Shown: one piece after another, positions 18,770 to 28,815 of the stretch
How the letters are laid out: every line of letters starts with the position of its first letter
How positions within the stretch are numbered: the first letter of the stretch is position 1
Origin: an uncultured Granulosicoccaceae bacterium
Lineage (GTDB): Bacteria; Pseudomonadota; Gammaproteobacteria; Granulosicoccales; Granulosicoccaceae
Direction of reading: 5' to 3'
Assembly: GCA_938045275.1 (NCBI GenBank)
Contig: CALIMV010000008.1
Span: 1,375 to 65,374, forward strand
Length of the DNA stretch: 64,000 bases
The notes under the pieces: model-generated
Seen by the model: only the letters and a program-made list of their open reading frames with translations
The model's database searches: none
Told to the model about the DNA's origin: nothing
Program-made: the position numbers and the translations under genes

Positions 18770-19732
18770 TTAAAGTAATTGCTCCCTGGTCTGTGTGTCG
18801 GGCAACTCGATTTGCAACACCGCCATGTTCTCCCGCATGTGGTCTACACGTGAGGTGGCCGGTATGGCAACAGTGACATCGGGATGCGATACGATGAACA
18901 ACAATAAAAATTGTGCCCAGGTCTTACAGCCCATTTCTTTAGCAATGCCGGGCAAAGGCGTGTCTTTGTATTTTTCAACCAGAAACCCGCGCTCAAACGG
19001 TCTATTCACAACCACGGCAACGCCGTTATCTCTTGCAATAGGGATTAGCCGCTCCTGTGCAACGCGATTATCATAGTTGTAAGTCAGTTGGATGAAATCC
19101 AGTTTTTTCGTTTTGAGAATCTGTTCTAATTGATCGTGACGTCTTCCATGTGACGTACTCACACCCAAATAACGGATTCTGCCTGATTGTTTCCATTCAG
19201 CGAGTTGTGATAGATGCTCTTCCCAATTAACCAGGTTATGCACATACATCAGATCTATCGGTTCAACTCCCCAGAGCGCTTCTGAATTTCTCATTTGGGA
19301 AATTCCGTCGAAGGTAACAGGTGTCCATATTTTACTTGCAGCAAAAAGGGCGCAATCACCTGAGGTTTTTTTCAAACCGTATCCGATCATCGCTTCGGCA
19401 TTGCCATACATTGGCGATGAGTCAATCATCTGGCCTCCCTGATCAAAAAAAGTTTGTAAGACTTCGCTGCGTTGATCGCGTATGGTCTTGTTGTTGGCAA
19501 CATCGAAGGTAATCCAGGTGCCCATTCCAATACTCGATATGTGTTCTTTGGTAGAAGGGATAGATTTAATTTGAGATGGATGAACTTTATCGGTAACAGC
19601 CTGGCGAGAGGGTGATTTTGATGGGTAACAGTCGGTGGCGTCGGCGGCATACGAACTTATCGCAGACGCGCCAAGTGCAGAAGCAACAGCACTTTTCAAT
19701 ATCAGTCGTCTGTTTTTCACTCTATTGCTCAT
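18770..19732 (-). CDS. Aldo/keto reductase with Tat-like signal
   Basis: NRRLILK signal; IGMGTW, IDSSPMYG, DLMYVHNL, GRIRYLGVS, IPATS. Confidence 0.9.
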   Translation of the reverse strand: MSNRVKNRRLILKSAVASALGASAISSYAADATDCYPSKSPSRQAVTDKVHPSQIKSIPSTKEHISSIGMGTWITFDVANNKTIRDQRSEVLQTFFDQGGQMIDSSPMYGNAEAMIGYGLKKTSGDCALFAASKIWTPVTFDGISQMRNSEALWGVEPIDLMYVHNLVNWEEHLSQLAEWKQSGRIRYLGVSTSHGRRHDQLEQILKTKKLDFIQLTYNYDNRVAQERLIPIARDNGVAVVVNRPFERGFLVEKYKDTPLPGIAKEMGCKTWAQFLLLFIVSHPDVTVAIPATSRVDHMRENMAVLQIELPDTQTREQLL

Positions 19733-19952
19733 GGTTTTTGTAAGACCTTTTTTATACGCCCTTATTTTGTACGATATAAAGTGCAGGAAGGATTTCAATT
19801 TCAGTTGATTTTCATCATTGGGTCAAGCCAAATCAGTCTGCGTGTTAAGTTCCCAGGGAGGCAATTTGTGCCTAAACTTAATGTAATTGTTATATTGGCG
19901 AATAGCCATACCACAATGGAACTACAAGTCCGTAACCAGAGTCAATTCACGC

Positions 19953-20654
19953 ATGATTACACTTGAAGATGTGCACCTTGCCTATACAGCTGGCGAGTCC
20001 TCAGTGCCTGTGCTCAATGGTGCTTCGCTCAGCGTTACACGAGGGCAAAGCGTGGCCATCATTGGCCCTTCAGGTTCTGGAAAAACTTCATTGTTGCTGG
20101 TTCTGACTGGATTGGAAACACCAGACAGCGGTTCAATTACATTCGACGGTGCTCCGTTACATAGTTTGTCCAATGACGCGCGGGCTGATCTTCGACGCGA
20201 CCGGATTGGCATCATTTTTCAAAGCTTTCATTTAATTCCAAGCCTCAGCGCTTGCGAAAACGTGGCCTTGCCACTGGATATCGCGGGCGTGCGTGGCGCT
20301 CGCCAGCAGGCGGCTGAACTTCTCGACCGGGTTGGCCTGGGACATCGCCTGGATCACTATCCTAACGCTTTGTCCGGTGGTGAGCGCCAGCGAGTAGCGA
20401 TCGCACGGGCGCTGATACACAAGCCAGCTTTGATCGTTGCTGATGAACCCACCGGTAATCTCGATAACCAGACTGGTACTGCTGTTGCCGATTTGTTGTT
20501 CGAGCTGAATCGGGAAAACGACGCGACCTTGTTACTGGTTACCCATGACCCTTCGCTAGCGGAGCGCTGTCAGCGACAGGTACGCTTGCATGAAGGACGT
20601 TTGCATCCAACCGATCAGAGTGCGATGCTGATCGATGCGCATCAAGCATCATAA
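19953..20654 (+). CDS. ABC transporter ATP-binding protein (YbbA/LolD-like)
   Basis: GPSGSGKT, LSGGERQR, ADEPTGNLD, VTHD. Confidence 0.95.
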   Translation: MITLEDVHLAYTAGESSVPVLNGASLSVTRGQSVAIIGPSGSGKTSLLLVLTGLETPDSGSITFDGAPLHSLSNDARADLRRDRIGIIFQSFHLIPSLSACENVALPLDIAGVRGARQQAAELLDRVGLGHRLDHYPNALSGGERQRVAIARALIHKPALIVADEPTGNLDNQTGTAVADLLFELNRENDATLLLVTHDPSLAERCQRQVRLHEGRLHPTDQSAMLIDAHQAS

Positions 20655-23232
20655 GCTAGGAGGAGTATTTACAGTGCTGGCTTTTTTGTGGCGTGATCTT
20701 ATTGGTAATCGAGGTTCGAAGCCGCTTCGCTTGCTTGCAACCAGTTTGTTCCTTGGCGTACTGTTGATTGCTGCCTGTACTGGGCTGCTTGCGCTCATCC
20801 GCGACGGCATTGCCAGCGAAGAACGCCAATTGTTTGGTGGTGATGTTGAGCTCGATGTGCGTGAGCCACTCAACAACGAAGAGCTGGAATGGATTGCAGG
20901 GCAAGGCGTGGTGTCGCGATTGACTGAAATGCGTACTATGTTGGGCACCGACGACGATTCATTTACCGTCATCGAGTTACAGAGCGTTGATGACCATTAT
21001 CCGCTTTATGGCACTGTGCAATTTGAACCATCAATGTCTTTACTGGACGCAACCGATGCATTCGGTGCAGCGATCGACCCTGCGTTGGCTATCGATCAAG
21101 GTCTTGATATTGGCGATACCGTCACTGTGGGAGAAACCACGCTTACTGTGCGCGCCCTAATTCAGGGTCAGCCCGATCGCTCATTCGCTGCTGATGTTCG
21201 TGGGCCACCGGTGCTGGTGTCGCAAGAGACGCTTGATGCAACCGGTCTTATCACCCCTACAAGCTTAGTCGATTACGAATATCGAATTCGTTTAGAAGGT
21301 CCTGGTATTGATGCGGGCAATGGCGAGTTTGGTGATACCAGTCAATTTATTGAAGCCTGGCGCAACGCGTTTCCGACGAGCACCGCTGAGCTCAATACCG
21401 TCGAGCAACGTAACGATCGCGTATCCGAGCGTCTCAATGAGGTGGCTGCGGTGCTGTTATTAATCGCCGTAGCGACATTGCTGGTTGGTGGACTTGGGGT
21501 TGCTAACGGTGTGGCTGCGTGGTTACATGCCAGGCGCGAAGATCTGGCGACCTTATCAGCCATAGGGGCACGGGATGGTTGGCGAGCGCGAGTTATGGTT
21601 ATTGAGGTTTTACTGGTTTCAGCGATAACCTGTGGTGTGGCAGCGCTGTTAGGTGGGTGTATTGCGTTTGCTTTATCCCGAAGTCTCGCTGGTGGCCTGC
21701 CGGTGTCTACCTCGCCAGTGCTATTGTTCAAGCCAACCATGATATCCATGGCCTTTGGCACACTCGCAGCGCTTGCTTTTGCAGCGCCCAATCTTGCCAG
21801 AAGTCTGTCTACTGTGCCGGCACGACTGCTTCGTGGTGACACGGATCACGACATAAGAACACCCTTGTCAACTCGCGCTAAGCTTTTATGTTTCGCTCTT
21901 GCCATAGCTGCAGCTTTTGCCTTGATTGCATTAGTGCCTGATAAAGTCATTGGTATTGGCTTTGTTTTTTCAATGGTGTTGTTGTACGCAGCACTGTCTT
22001 TTTTGGTGGTGGCCATTCGAAAACTGAGCAAACGAATTGTCCAATCTGGTCGACTGGACCCACACTTTGCCGCCCGTCGTGCATTTGCTGGACTTGATCA
22101 ACCGGGTTCACCACTGCGCCCATTACTTTTATCGCTGGGCATTGCTACAACGTTGCTGGTTGCTGCCACAATTGTCATTGTGTCGATGGTGCGTTTGCTG
22201 GACAACACCGTGCCCTCGCGTGCACCGGCCCTGGCCTTTTACGACATTCAGGCGCCTGATGTAGGTGCGTTTCATGATGTTGTTGCCAATGCACCCGGTG
22301 TTACCGATGTGCAAACCGTGCCACTGGTGCTTGGACGATTGAGCGCGGTTAACGGTGAATCGCTGTTAGAACGTGATGAGGCTTCAGAAGCATTAGAAGC
22401 CAACGATGAGCACAAGCTGGGTTATCGAGCGGAACGAGTGGACAACGTCCGCGCAACGGCAGGCGCTCTATGGGCTCCTGACTACTCGGGTCCTCCATTG
22501 GTTGCCATGGAAGACCGTGAAGCGGGACAAATAGGTGTGAAAGTCGGTGATAAACTGACCTTTACGATTCTTGGTGACACACTGGATGCAGAGCTTGTTG
22601 CGATATATGCACAGGGTAATTTTGAAACGCGTTTCTGGTTCGAAGCCTTGTTCAGCCCTGGCGTACTCGATTCATACATCACACGCTATGTTGGTGTTGC
22701 GTATCAGGATGGTGCGTCTGATCAGGATGCAATCCCCATAGACATTGCTGCATCCAATGCGATTGCTCAAGAATTTCCCGCTGTTGTTACCATCCGCACT
22801 GCGCGTGGGCTAGCCTCGGCTCGGCGTATTCTTAATGCTGCGGCGTTAGCTGTGTCCATTGTTGCAATTACCAGCCTGATTGCAAGTTTACTGGTTCTGG
22901 CAAGTGTTGTTGCTGCCAACCGGCAAAGGCAATTGCGTGAAGCCGCGATCCTGCATGCAATTGGCAGTCGGCACGGCAGCCTGATGTACGCATTGGGTAT
23001 TGAGTATTTGCTGCTTGGAGTGGTTGTTGCCTTATTTGCCAGTGTCGTTGGCGGCTTGCTCGGAACATTGGTCGCCACCGGCTGGCTGGAGTTACCAACA
23101 GGGTCGTTTAGCTGGCTTTCCGGGTCGGCTGTGGCATTTGGTATTGCAATCTTGTGCCTTGGTGCCGGTGCGTTATGGGTTGCTCGCTCGCTTAACGTAT
23201 CGCCTGCACAGCTGCTTCGCGAGGTGGGTTAG
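20635..23232 (+). CDS. ABC transporter permease (YbbP-like, duplicated FtsX/MacB)
   Basis: GGDVEL, YPLYG, FYDIQ; two 4-TM blocks; overlaps the ATPase gene. Confidence 0.9.
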   Translation: MRIKHHKLGGVFTVLAFLWRDLIGNRGSKPLRLLATSLFLGVLLIAACTGLLALIRDGIASEERQLFGGDVELDVREPLNNEELEWIAGQGVVSRLTEMRTMLGTDDDSFTVIELQSVDDHYPLYGTVQFEPSMSLLDATDAFGAAIDPALAIDQGLDIGDTVTVGETTLTVRALIQGQPDRSFAADVRGPPVLVSQETLDATGLITPTSLVDYEYRIRLEGPGIDAGNGEFGDTSQFIEAWRNAFPTSTAELNTVEQRNDRVSERLNEVAAVLLLIAVATLLVGGLGVANGVAAWLHARREDLATLSAIGARDGWRARVMVIEVLLVSAITCGVAALLGGCIAFALSRSLAGGLPVSTSPVLLFKPTMISMAFGTLAALAFAAPNLARSLSTVPARLLRGDTDHDIRTPLSTRAKLLCFALAIAAAFALIALVPDKVIGIGFVFSMVLLYAALSFLVVAIRKLSKRIVQSGRLDPHFAARRAFAGLDQPGSPLRPLLLSLGIATTLLVAATIVIVSMVRLLDNTVPSRAPALAFYDIQAPDVGAFHDVVANAPGVTDVQTVPLVLGRLSAVNGESLLERDEASEALEANDEHKLGYRAERVDNVRATAGALWAPDYSGPPLVAMEDREAGQIGVKVGDKLTFTILGDTLDAELVAIYAQGNFETRFWFEALFSPGVLDSYITRYVGVAYQDGASDQDAIPIDIAASNAIAQEFPAVVTIRTARGLASARRILNAAALAVSIVAITSLIASLLVLASVVAANRQRQLREAAILHAIGSRHGSLMYALGIEYLLLGVVVALFASVVGGLLGTLVATGWLELPTGSFSWLSGSAVAFGIAILCLGAGALWVARSLNVSPAQLLREVG

Positions 23233-23340
23233 TGAATCAGATATAACGGTATTGGTGCATCAGTGTTTTTCAGTGTTAGCTGCGCAGCTTGCTGATAACT
23301 TATTTCTGCGATACCGCACTGTTATCATTCGATACAGGTG

Positions 23341-23616
23341 TTAACTGCGTCTAATTCGAACAACCTTCATAAATTCGAATTCCATTCCGGCCACTTTTTC
23401 GGTTTTTGGGTAATAGGTAAGGTTTACTGACGCACCCTCAAGGTTTTTATACCGCTTCTTTCTATTGTATTTAAAGGCGACGTCATAGCCTTCCAGCATT
23501 AGCGTGTTTATAATCCAGTCGCTGCTCTCGCGTTGAACATGGCTGGTCACCTTTACCGAATCCAGGTGGTTTAGCTGCTCATTGTTTTTTAATAGTTTGG
23601 AAACGTCAGATTTCAT
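23341..23616 (-). CDS. Small hypothetical protein (beta-rich)
   Basis: 91-aa ORF with normal composition filling the gap; no family recognised. Confidence 0.65.
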   Translation of the reverse strand: MKSDVSKLLKNNEQLNHLDSVKVTSHVQRESSDWIINTLMLEGYDVAFKYNRKKRYKNLEGASVNLTYYPKTEKVAGMEFEFMKVVRIRRS

Positions 23617-23941
23617 TAGTCAATAAGTTCCATGTCTGGGATTAGACAACGCACAGACAGGATACTCAGCCTTCTGTGGTCTTGCCAGCTGGGTTAGATT
23701 GCTGCATCAGCCGGATGAATTTAACATGGATAACAATCCTGTTAAGAGTATGCCTGAGTTTCAGTGGGTGGCCTTTTCGTTAACCAGTCCAATTAAATTA
23801 AAATAGCATTGTTCAAAATGCTGCCAACGTCTATAAACACCCATTTTGTGACCGTGTTCAGACTACGCAACAGTGTAGAATAGTCGTCCGCACTTTCTTG
23901 GACTATGCTAAGCAAGGCATTACAAAGAACACAGAGGGTTT

Positions 23942-25750
23942 ATGTCCACGTCTCCCACGGATATCAAAAATCCGGAATACTTCCATAAGGTTGTCGATTG
24001 TCAGTACGCGTGCCCCGCCCACACACCGGTACCTGAATACATACGGCTGATTTCCCGCCAACAATATACCGAAGCCTATGTCATCAACTGGGAATCTAAC
24101 GTGTTCCCCGGGGTATTGGGGCGAACCTGCGACCGACCTTGTGAGCCGGCATGTCGTCGCGGTCGAGTCGATGAGGAGCCTGTCGCTATTTGTCGGTTGA
24201 AGCGAGTGGCAGCAGACAATAAAGGCGATATCTCAGCCTGGTTACCAAAGATTCCAGATCAAAAGAACGGGAAAAAATTAGCATTGATCGGTGCAGGGCC
24301 CGCATCGTTAACAGTAGCCAGAGATTTGCTACCGCTTGGCTACAGTATTGATCTTTACGATGAAAATGCCAAAGGTGGCGGTTTTATGCGAAGCCAGATA
24401 CCTTCGTTTCGGTTGCCGGTAGAAGTGCTTGATGAGGAAGTCAATCGCGTGCTGGACATGGGGGTAAGCACCTTGTTTTCTGAACGTGTCGACAGTCTGG
24501 CATCGTTACTGGCTAAAGACTATGACGCGATTTTTATTGGAACCGGTGCTCCGCGTGGTAAGGACCTTAATTTACCAGGGCGCAAGGAAGCCGATGCGAA
24601 CGTGCATATCGGTATTGAATGGCTGCAGAGTGTTGCTTTTGAACATAGCGACAAAATAGGAAAAAAAGTCATTGTGCTTGGTGGCGGCAATACGGCCATG
24701 GACTGCAGTCGAACTGCCCGGCGTCTTGGCGGTGAACAGGTAACGCTTACGGTGCGCAGTACGTTTGATGCAATGAAAGCGTCACCATGGGAAAAGGAAG
24801 ACGCGCAGCGAGAAGGCATTCCGTTCTTAACAGACCATACACCGCTCAGCTTTGTTTGTGAGAATGGCCGCCTCGTGGGTATGACATTCGATAAGGTCAA
24901 ATCCGTTTATGAAAACGGAAAACGCCAACTGGTTTCTACTGGTGAAGAGCCTGTGTACATTGAGGCCGACGATGTTTTAGTCGCCGTGGGCCAGGAGCTT
25001 AGTTTTCCGTGGATTGAAAAAACTACCGGTATTGAATTTAACGAGTGGGGTGAACCCATAGTCGACAAAGTCACTTTTCAGTCTACTCAGCCTAACGTGT
25101 TTTTTGGGGGTGACGCAGCCTTCGGACCCGAAAACATCATCACTGCTGTGGCTCACGGTCACCAGGTTGCTGTGTCAATAGACCTTTTCTTGAAAGGCAA
25201 GGACATGAGTCTCGACAGGCCGGCTCCAGGTCATCGACAATTCTCTACAAAAATGGGTATTCATGAATGGTCTTATGATAGTTCGGTGAGTAACGACGAT
25301 CGCTTTGCAGTACCCCATCTTGTTAACGAAGTTGCTCTGGTTGATCGACGCGCTGAGGTTGAACTGGGATTTGATCTACAAGTCGCATTCGATGAAGCTC
25401 AGCGCTGTTTGAATTGCGATGTGCAAACCGTATTTGAAGAGGCCAAGTGCATAGAGTGTGACAGCTGTGTTGATATTTGCCCTACCAGTTGCATTACGTT
25501 TACTCGAAATGAAGCCGAGCCTGCTCTGCGTGCCAAGCTCACCGTGCCTGCAGAACAGCTGGATCAAGATCTCTACATCAGCCAGAACTTGCCCACGGGC
25601 AGAGCCATGGTGAAGGATGAGAATATTTGCCTGCACTGTGGCCTATGTGCCGAGCGTTGTCCAACCGCTGCCTGGGATATGCAGCAATTCAATTACTCCG
25701 TGAGTAAAGCCTGTCACATACCCAGTCCGCTGAACGGGAGTGCAGCATGA
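23942..25750 (+). CDS. GltD/SudA-like FAD/NADPH Fe-S oxidoreductase with C-terminal ferredoxin (KorC-like)
   Basis: CQYACP, GRTCDRPCEPAC, GAGPA, GGGNTAMD, RCLNC, CIECDSCVDICP, CLHCGLCAERCP. Confidence 0.9.
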   Translation: MSTSPTDIKNPEYFHKVVDCQYACPAHTPVPEYIRLISRQQYTEAYVINWESNVFPGVLGRTCDRPCEPACRRGRVDEEPVAICRLKRVAADNKGDISAWLPKIPDQKNGKKLALIGAGPASLTVARDLLPLGYSIDLYDENAKGGGFMRSQIPSFRLPVEVLDEEVNRVLDMGVSTLFSERVDSLASLLAKDYDAIFIGTGAPRGKDLNLPGRKEADANVHIGIEWLQSVAFEHSDKIGKKVIVLGGGNTAMDCSRTARRLGGEQVTLTVRSTFDAMKASPWEKEDAQREGIPFLTDHTPLSFVCENGRLVGMTFDKVKSVYENGKRQLVSTGEEPVYIEADDVLVAVGQELSFPWIEKTTGIEFNEWGEPIVDKVTFQSTQPNVFFGGDAAFGPENIITAVAHGHQVAVSIDLFLKGKDMSLDRPAPGHRQFSTKMGIHEWSYDSSVSNDDRFAVPHLVNEVALVDRRAEVELGFDLQVAFDEAQRCLNCDVQTVFEEAKCIECDSCVDICPTSCITFTRNEAEPALRAKLTVPAEQLDQDLYISQNLPTGRAMVKDENICLHCGLCAERCPTAAWDMQQFNYSVSKACHIPSPLNGSAA

Positions 25751-27603
25751 CACCTTCAACAAGTCAGGCCAAGAAAAAGGTTGCACCAATTGTTGCGGTC
25801 AATGATTTTGTCGTTAAGTTTGCTAACGTCAACGGGTCAGGGTCGGCCAGCGCCAATGCGCTGTTTGCCAAGTCGATATTTCGCATGGGTGTGCCCACCA
25901 CACCGCGCAACATTTTCCCATCAAATATTCAGGGTTTGCCTACCTGGTATGAAGTGCGTATCAGTGAACAGGGTTATACCGCTCGCCGAGCCGGTGGCGT
26001 CGACATTATGGTGTCGGTTAATCCACAAAGCATGGCTGATGATGTTCGCGAAGTTCGGCCTGGCGGCTATTTTGTGTATGACAACACCCGGCCATTGGAT
26101 ATTCGTCTTTTGCGACGTGACGTTAACTACTTAGCCATACCACTGACTGAAATTACTAACAACAATTACAGTGATGCTCGACTTCGACAGCTATTCAAAA
26201 ATGTCATTTATGTTGGCGCAATGGCTGCCATGTTGGACATTGACATGGATATTCTTGAGCAGCTAATTGCAGAACAATTCGCCGGTAAGAAAAAACTGAT
26301 TGAACCTAATTGTAATGCATTGCGATTAGGGTACGACGCAGCCAAAAATCTACACTCATGCCCGATAGGTTTAAAAGTTGAAAAGCGTGACCTGATTGGT
26401 AACCGAATATTAATGTCGGGTAACACGGCTTGTGGCTTGGGTGCTGTGTACGCCGGTGCAACCGTTGCAGCATGGTATCCGATCACACCGTCTACATCGG
26501 TAGCTGAAGCCTATGAGAAATACGCTTCCAGTTTGCGCATTGATGCCGACACGGGTCGTAAGAATTACGTTGTCATACAGGCTGAGGACGAACTTGCGGC
26601 CATGGGTATGGTCATTGGGGCGAGTTGGAATGGAGCAAGAGCATTCACTGCCACCAGTGGTCCTGGCGTGTCTCTAATGACCGAATTTCTTGGGTTGGCC
26701 TACTTTGCTGAAGTACCCGCTGTATTGGTTAATGTGCAACGTGCTGGCCCTTCAACCGGTATGCCAACACGTACCCAGCAGTCTGATATTTTAAGTACAG
26801 TGTACGCATCACACGGCGATACGCGACATGTGGTTTTGATTCCATCAACGCCGAAAGAATGTTTTGACTTAACGGCTTCGGCCTTTGATATAGCCGAACG
26901 ACTGCAAACGCCAGTGATTGTGCTAACCGATCTCGATATCGGTATGAATGACGGATTGTCTGAGCCACTTGAGTGGGATGATGATCGTGTTTATGACCGT
27001 GGCAAAGTGCTTGCCGCTGATGAACTCGATGCATTAGACAAGTTTGGGCGTTATCTTGATGTCGACGGCGATGCCATTACCGCTCGTACCCTGCCAGGTA
27101 CACATCCTGAGAAAGGTGCATTCTTTACACGCGGTACTTCCCGCGACGAATACGCAACTTACACCGAAAAAGGCGATGCGTATGAGCGCAATATGCAACG
27201 CTTGCTGCGTAAGTGGCATGGTGCCAGTGCGTACTTGCCCGAGCCAGTCGTTAAAGGCTCTGGATCTGCAATTGGTCTAATCCACTTCGGAACATCCGCT
27301 GCGGCCGTTTATGAGGCAATGGATACGCTCACAGAAAACGGCATGCAAACTGACAGCCTGCAATTATTGTCAGTACCGTTTCACGATGAGGTGGCAGAGT
27401 TTATAAAACAACATGAGACCGTGTTTGTTGTAGAGCAAAATCGTGATGCGCAAATGCGTACCGTACTGGTAAACGAACTGGAGATCGATCCGGCCAAGTT
27501 GCAATCAGTATTAAACTATGACGGCTCTCCGCTGGCAGCGGACACTGTATGTAGTCAAGTTCAACAGGCGTTAGGCAATCGCCAAATGGTCGCTGGAGAC
27601 TGA
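25747..27603 (+). CDS. korA: 2-oxoacid:ferredoxin oxidoreductase alpha subunit
   Basis: YPITP, QAEDE, TATSGPG, QRAGPSTGMPT; ATGA overlap with the upstream gene. Confidence 0.9.
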   Translation: MTPSTSQAKKKVAPIVAVNDFVVKFANVNGSGSASANALFAKSIFRMGVPTTPRNIFPSNIQGLPTWYEVRISEQGYTARRAGGVDIMVSVNPQSMADDVREVRPGGYFVYDNTRPLDIRLLRRDVNYLAIPLTEITNNNYSDARLRQLFKNVIYVGAMAAMLDIDMDILEQLIAEQFAGKKKLIEPNCNALRLGYDAAKNLHSCPIGLKVEKRDLIGNRILMSGNTACGLGAVYAGATVAAWYPITPSTSVAEAYEKYASSLRIDADTGRKNYVVIQAEDELAAMGMVIGASWNGARAFTATSGPGVSLMTEFLGLAYFAEVPAVLVNVQRAGPSTGMPTRTQQSDILSTVYASHGDTRHVVLIPSTPKECFDLTASAFDIAERLQTPVIVLTDLDIGMNDGLSEPLEWDDDRVYDRGKVLAADELDALDKFGRYLDVDGDAITARTLPGTHPEKGAFFTRGTSRDEYATYTEKGDAYERNMQRLLRKWHGASAYLPEPVVKGSGSAIGLIHFGTSAAAVYEAMDTLTENGMQTDSLQLLSVPFHDEVAEFIKQHETVFVVEQNRDAQMRTVLVNELEIDPAKLQSVLNYDGSPLAADTVCSQVQQALGNRQMVAGD

Positions 27604-27605
27604 TC

Positions 27606-28658
27606 ATGAGTTATTTAAAGCCGAATTTTCGTCATCCGCAACTGCCTAAAAATGGGCTAGATCTAACGCGTAGCTCCTACGAAGGGCTCATTTCAACCCT
27701 GTGTGCTGGATGTGGTCATGATTCTATTAGTGCTGCGGTTATTCAGGCGTGTTGGGAGCTGGATTTAGAACCGCACCGAATAGCAAAAGTATCCGGTATA
27801 GGCTGCTCGTCTAAATCGCCGACCTACTTTCTTAATAAGTCCCACGGCTTTAATTCGGTTCATGGCCGTATGCCTTCGGTGGCAACTGGTGCCAATGTCG
27901 CTAATCATGAGTTGACGTACATTGGTGTTTCCGGCGACGGTGACAGCGCATCTATTGGAATGGGGCAGTTTGCCCATGTGGTGCGACGCAATCTGAATAT
28001 GCTGTATCTGGTTGAGAACAACGGTTGCTACGGATTGACTAAAGGACAAGATTCAGCCACGGCCGATGAAGGGTCAAAATCGCGCACAGGCAATGAAAAT
28101 CCATTCGAAAATATTGATCTGGTTGGTGTTGCGTTGGAAATAGGAGCCACGTTTGTTGCGCGAAGTTTCTCAGGTGACAAAGAGCAATTGGTGCCATTAA
28201 TGAAGGCGGCAATATCGCATAGGGGGTTTGCGTTGATCGACGTAATCTCTCCTTGTGTCACTTTTAATAATCATCACGGGTCGACCAAGAGCTACGACTA
28301 CACTAGAGAACATGTGCAAACCGGCAGCATCATAGATTTTGTACCACCTCGTGAAGAGATCACTGCCCAATATGACGCTGGCGAATCCATGCAACTCGAC
28401 TTACATGACGGGTCTTCGCTTAGCCTTCAAAAAGCACAACCTAACCATGATCCAACCAGCCGTCGTTCTGCTACTGAAGCATTGTTAGACAGTCGCGAGA
28501 ACAATCAAATTTTAACCGGGCTTATCTATATAGATGCGCAGGAACCTGACTTTCATGAAGTCATGCAGCTAAACGATGCGCCTTTGAACAGTTTGCAGCA
28601 AGATCAATTGTGTCCTGGCAATGAAAAGCTGCGATCAATCAATAATGTGTTTCGTTAA
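27606..28658 (+). CDS. korB: 2-oxoacid:ferredoxin oxidoreductase beta subunit
   Basis: LCAGCGH, SGIGCS, HGR, GDGD...NN TPP motif, YGLTKGQ, SPCVTFN. Confidence 0.9.
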   Translation: MSYLKPNFRHPQLPKNGLDLTRSSYEGLISTLCAGCGHDSISAAVIQACWELDLEPHRIAKVSGIGCSSKSPTYFLNKSHGFNSVHGRMPSVATGANVANHELTYIGVSGDGDSASIGMGQFAHVVRRNLNMLYLVENNGCYGLTKGQDSATADEGSKSRTGNENPFENIDLVGVALEIGATFVARSFSGDKEQLVPLMKAAISHRGFALIDVISPCVTFNNHHGSTKSYDYTREHVQTGSIIDFVPPREEITAQYDAGESMQLDLHDGSSLSLQKAQPNHDPTSRRSATEALLDSRENNQILTGLIYIDAQEPDFHEVMQLNDAPLNSLQQDQLCPGNEKLRSINNVFR

Positions 28659-28815
28659 AATCCTCATTGTCTGGCGGGTATGCCTGTTTCGCGTGGTGCC
28701 TTCTTGATCGCATGCGCGTCTTTAAGCACGATTCTTACGCCGTTAAAACGACATCACTTAAGCATAAACTCACGCTGTTGTTGATTTGCGTCGCATACCT
28801 TTGTGAGAAACCGTA

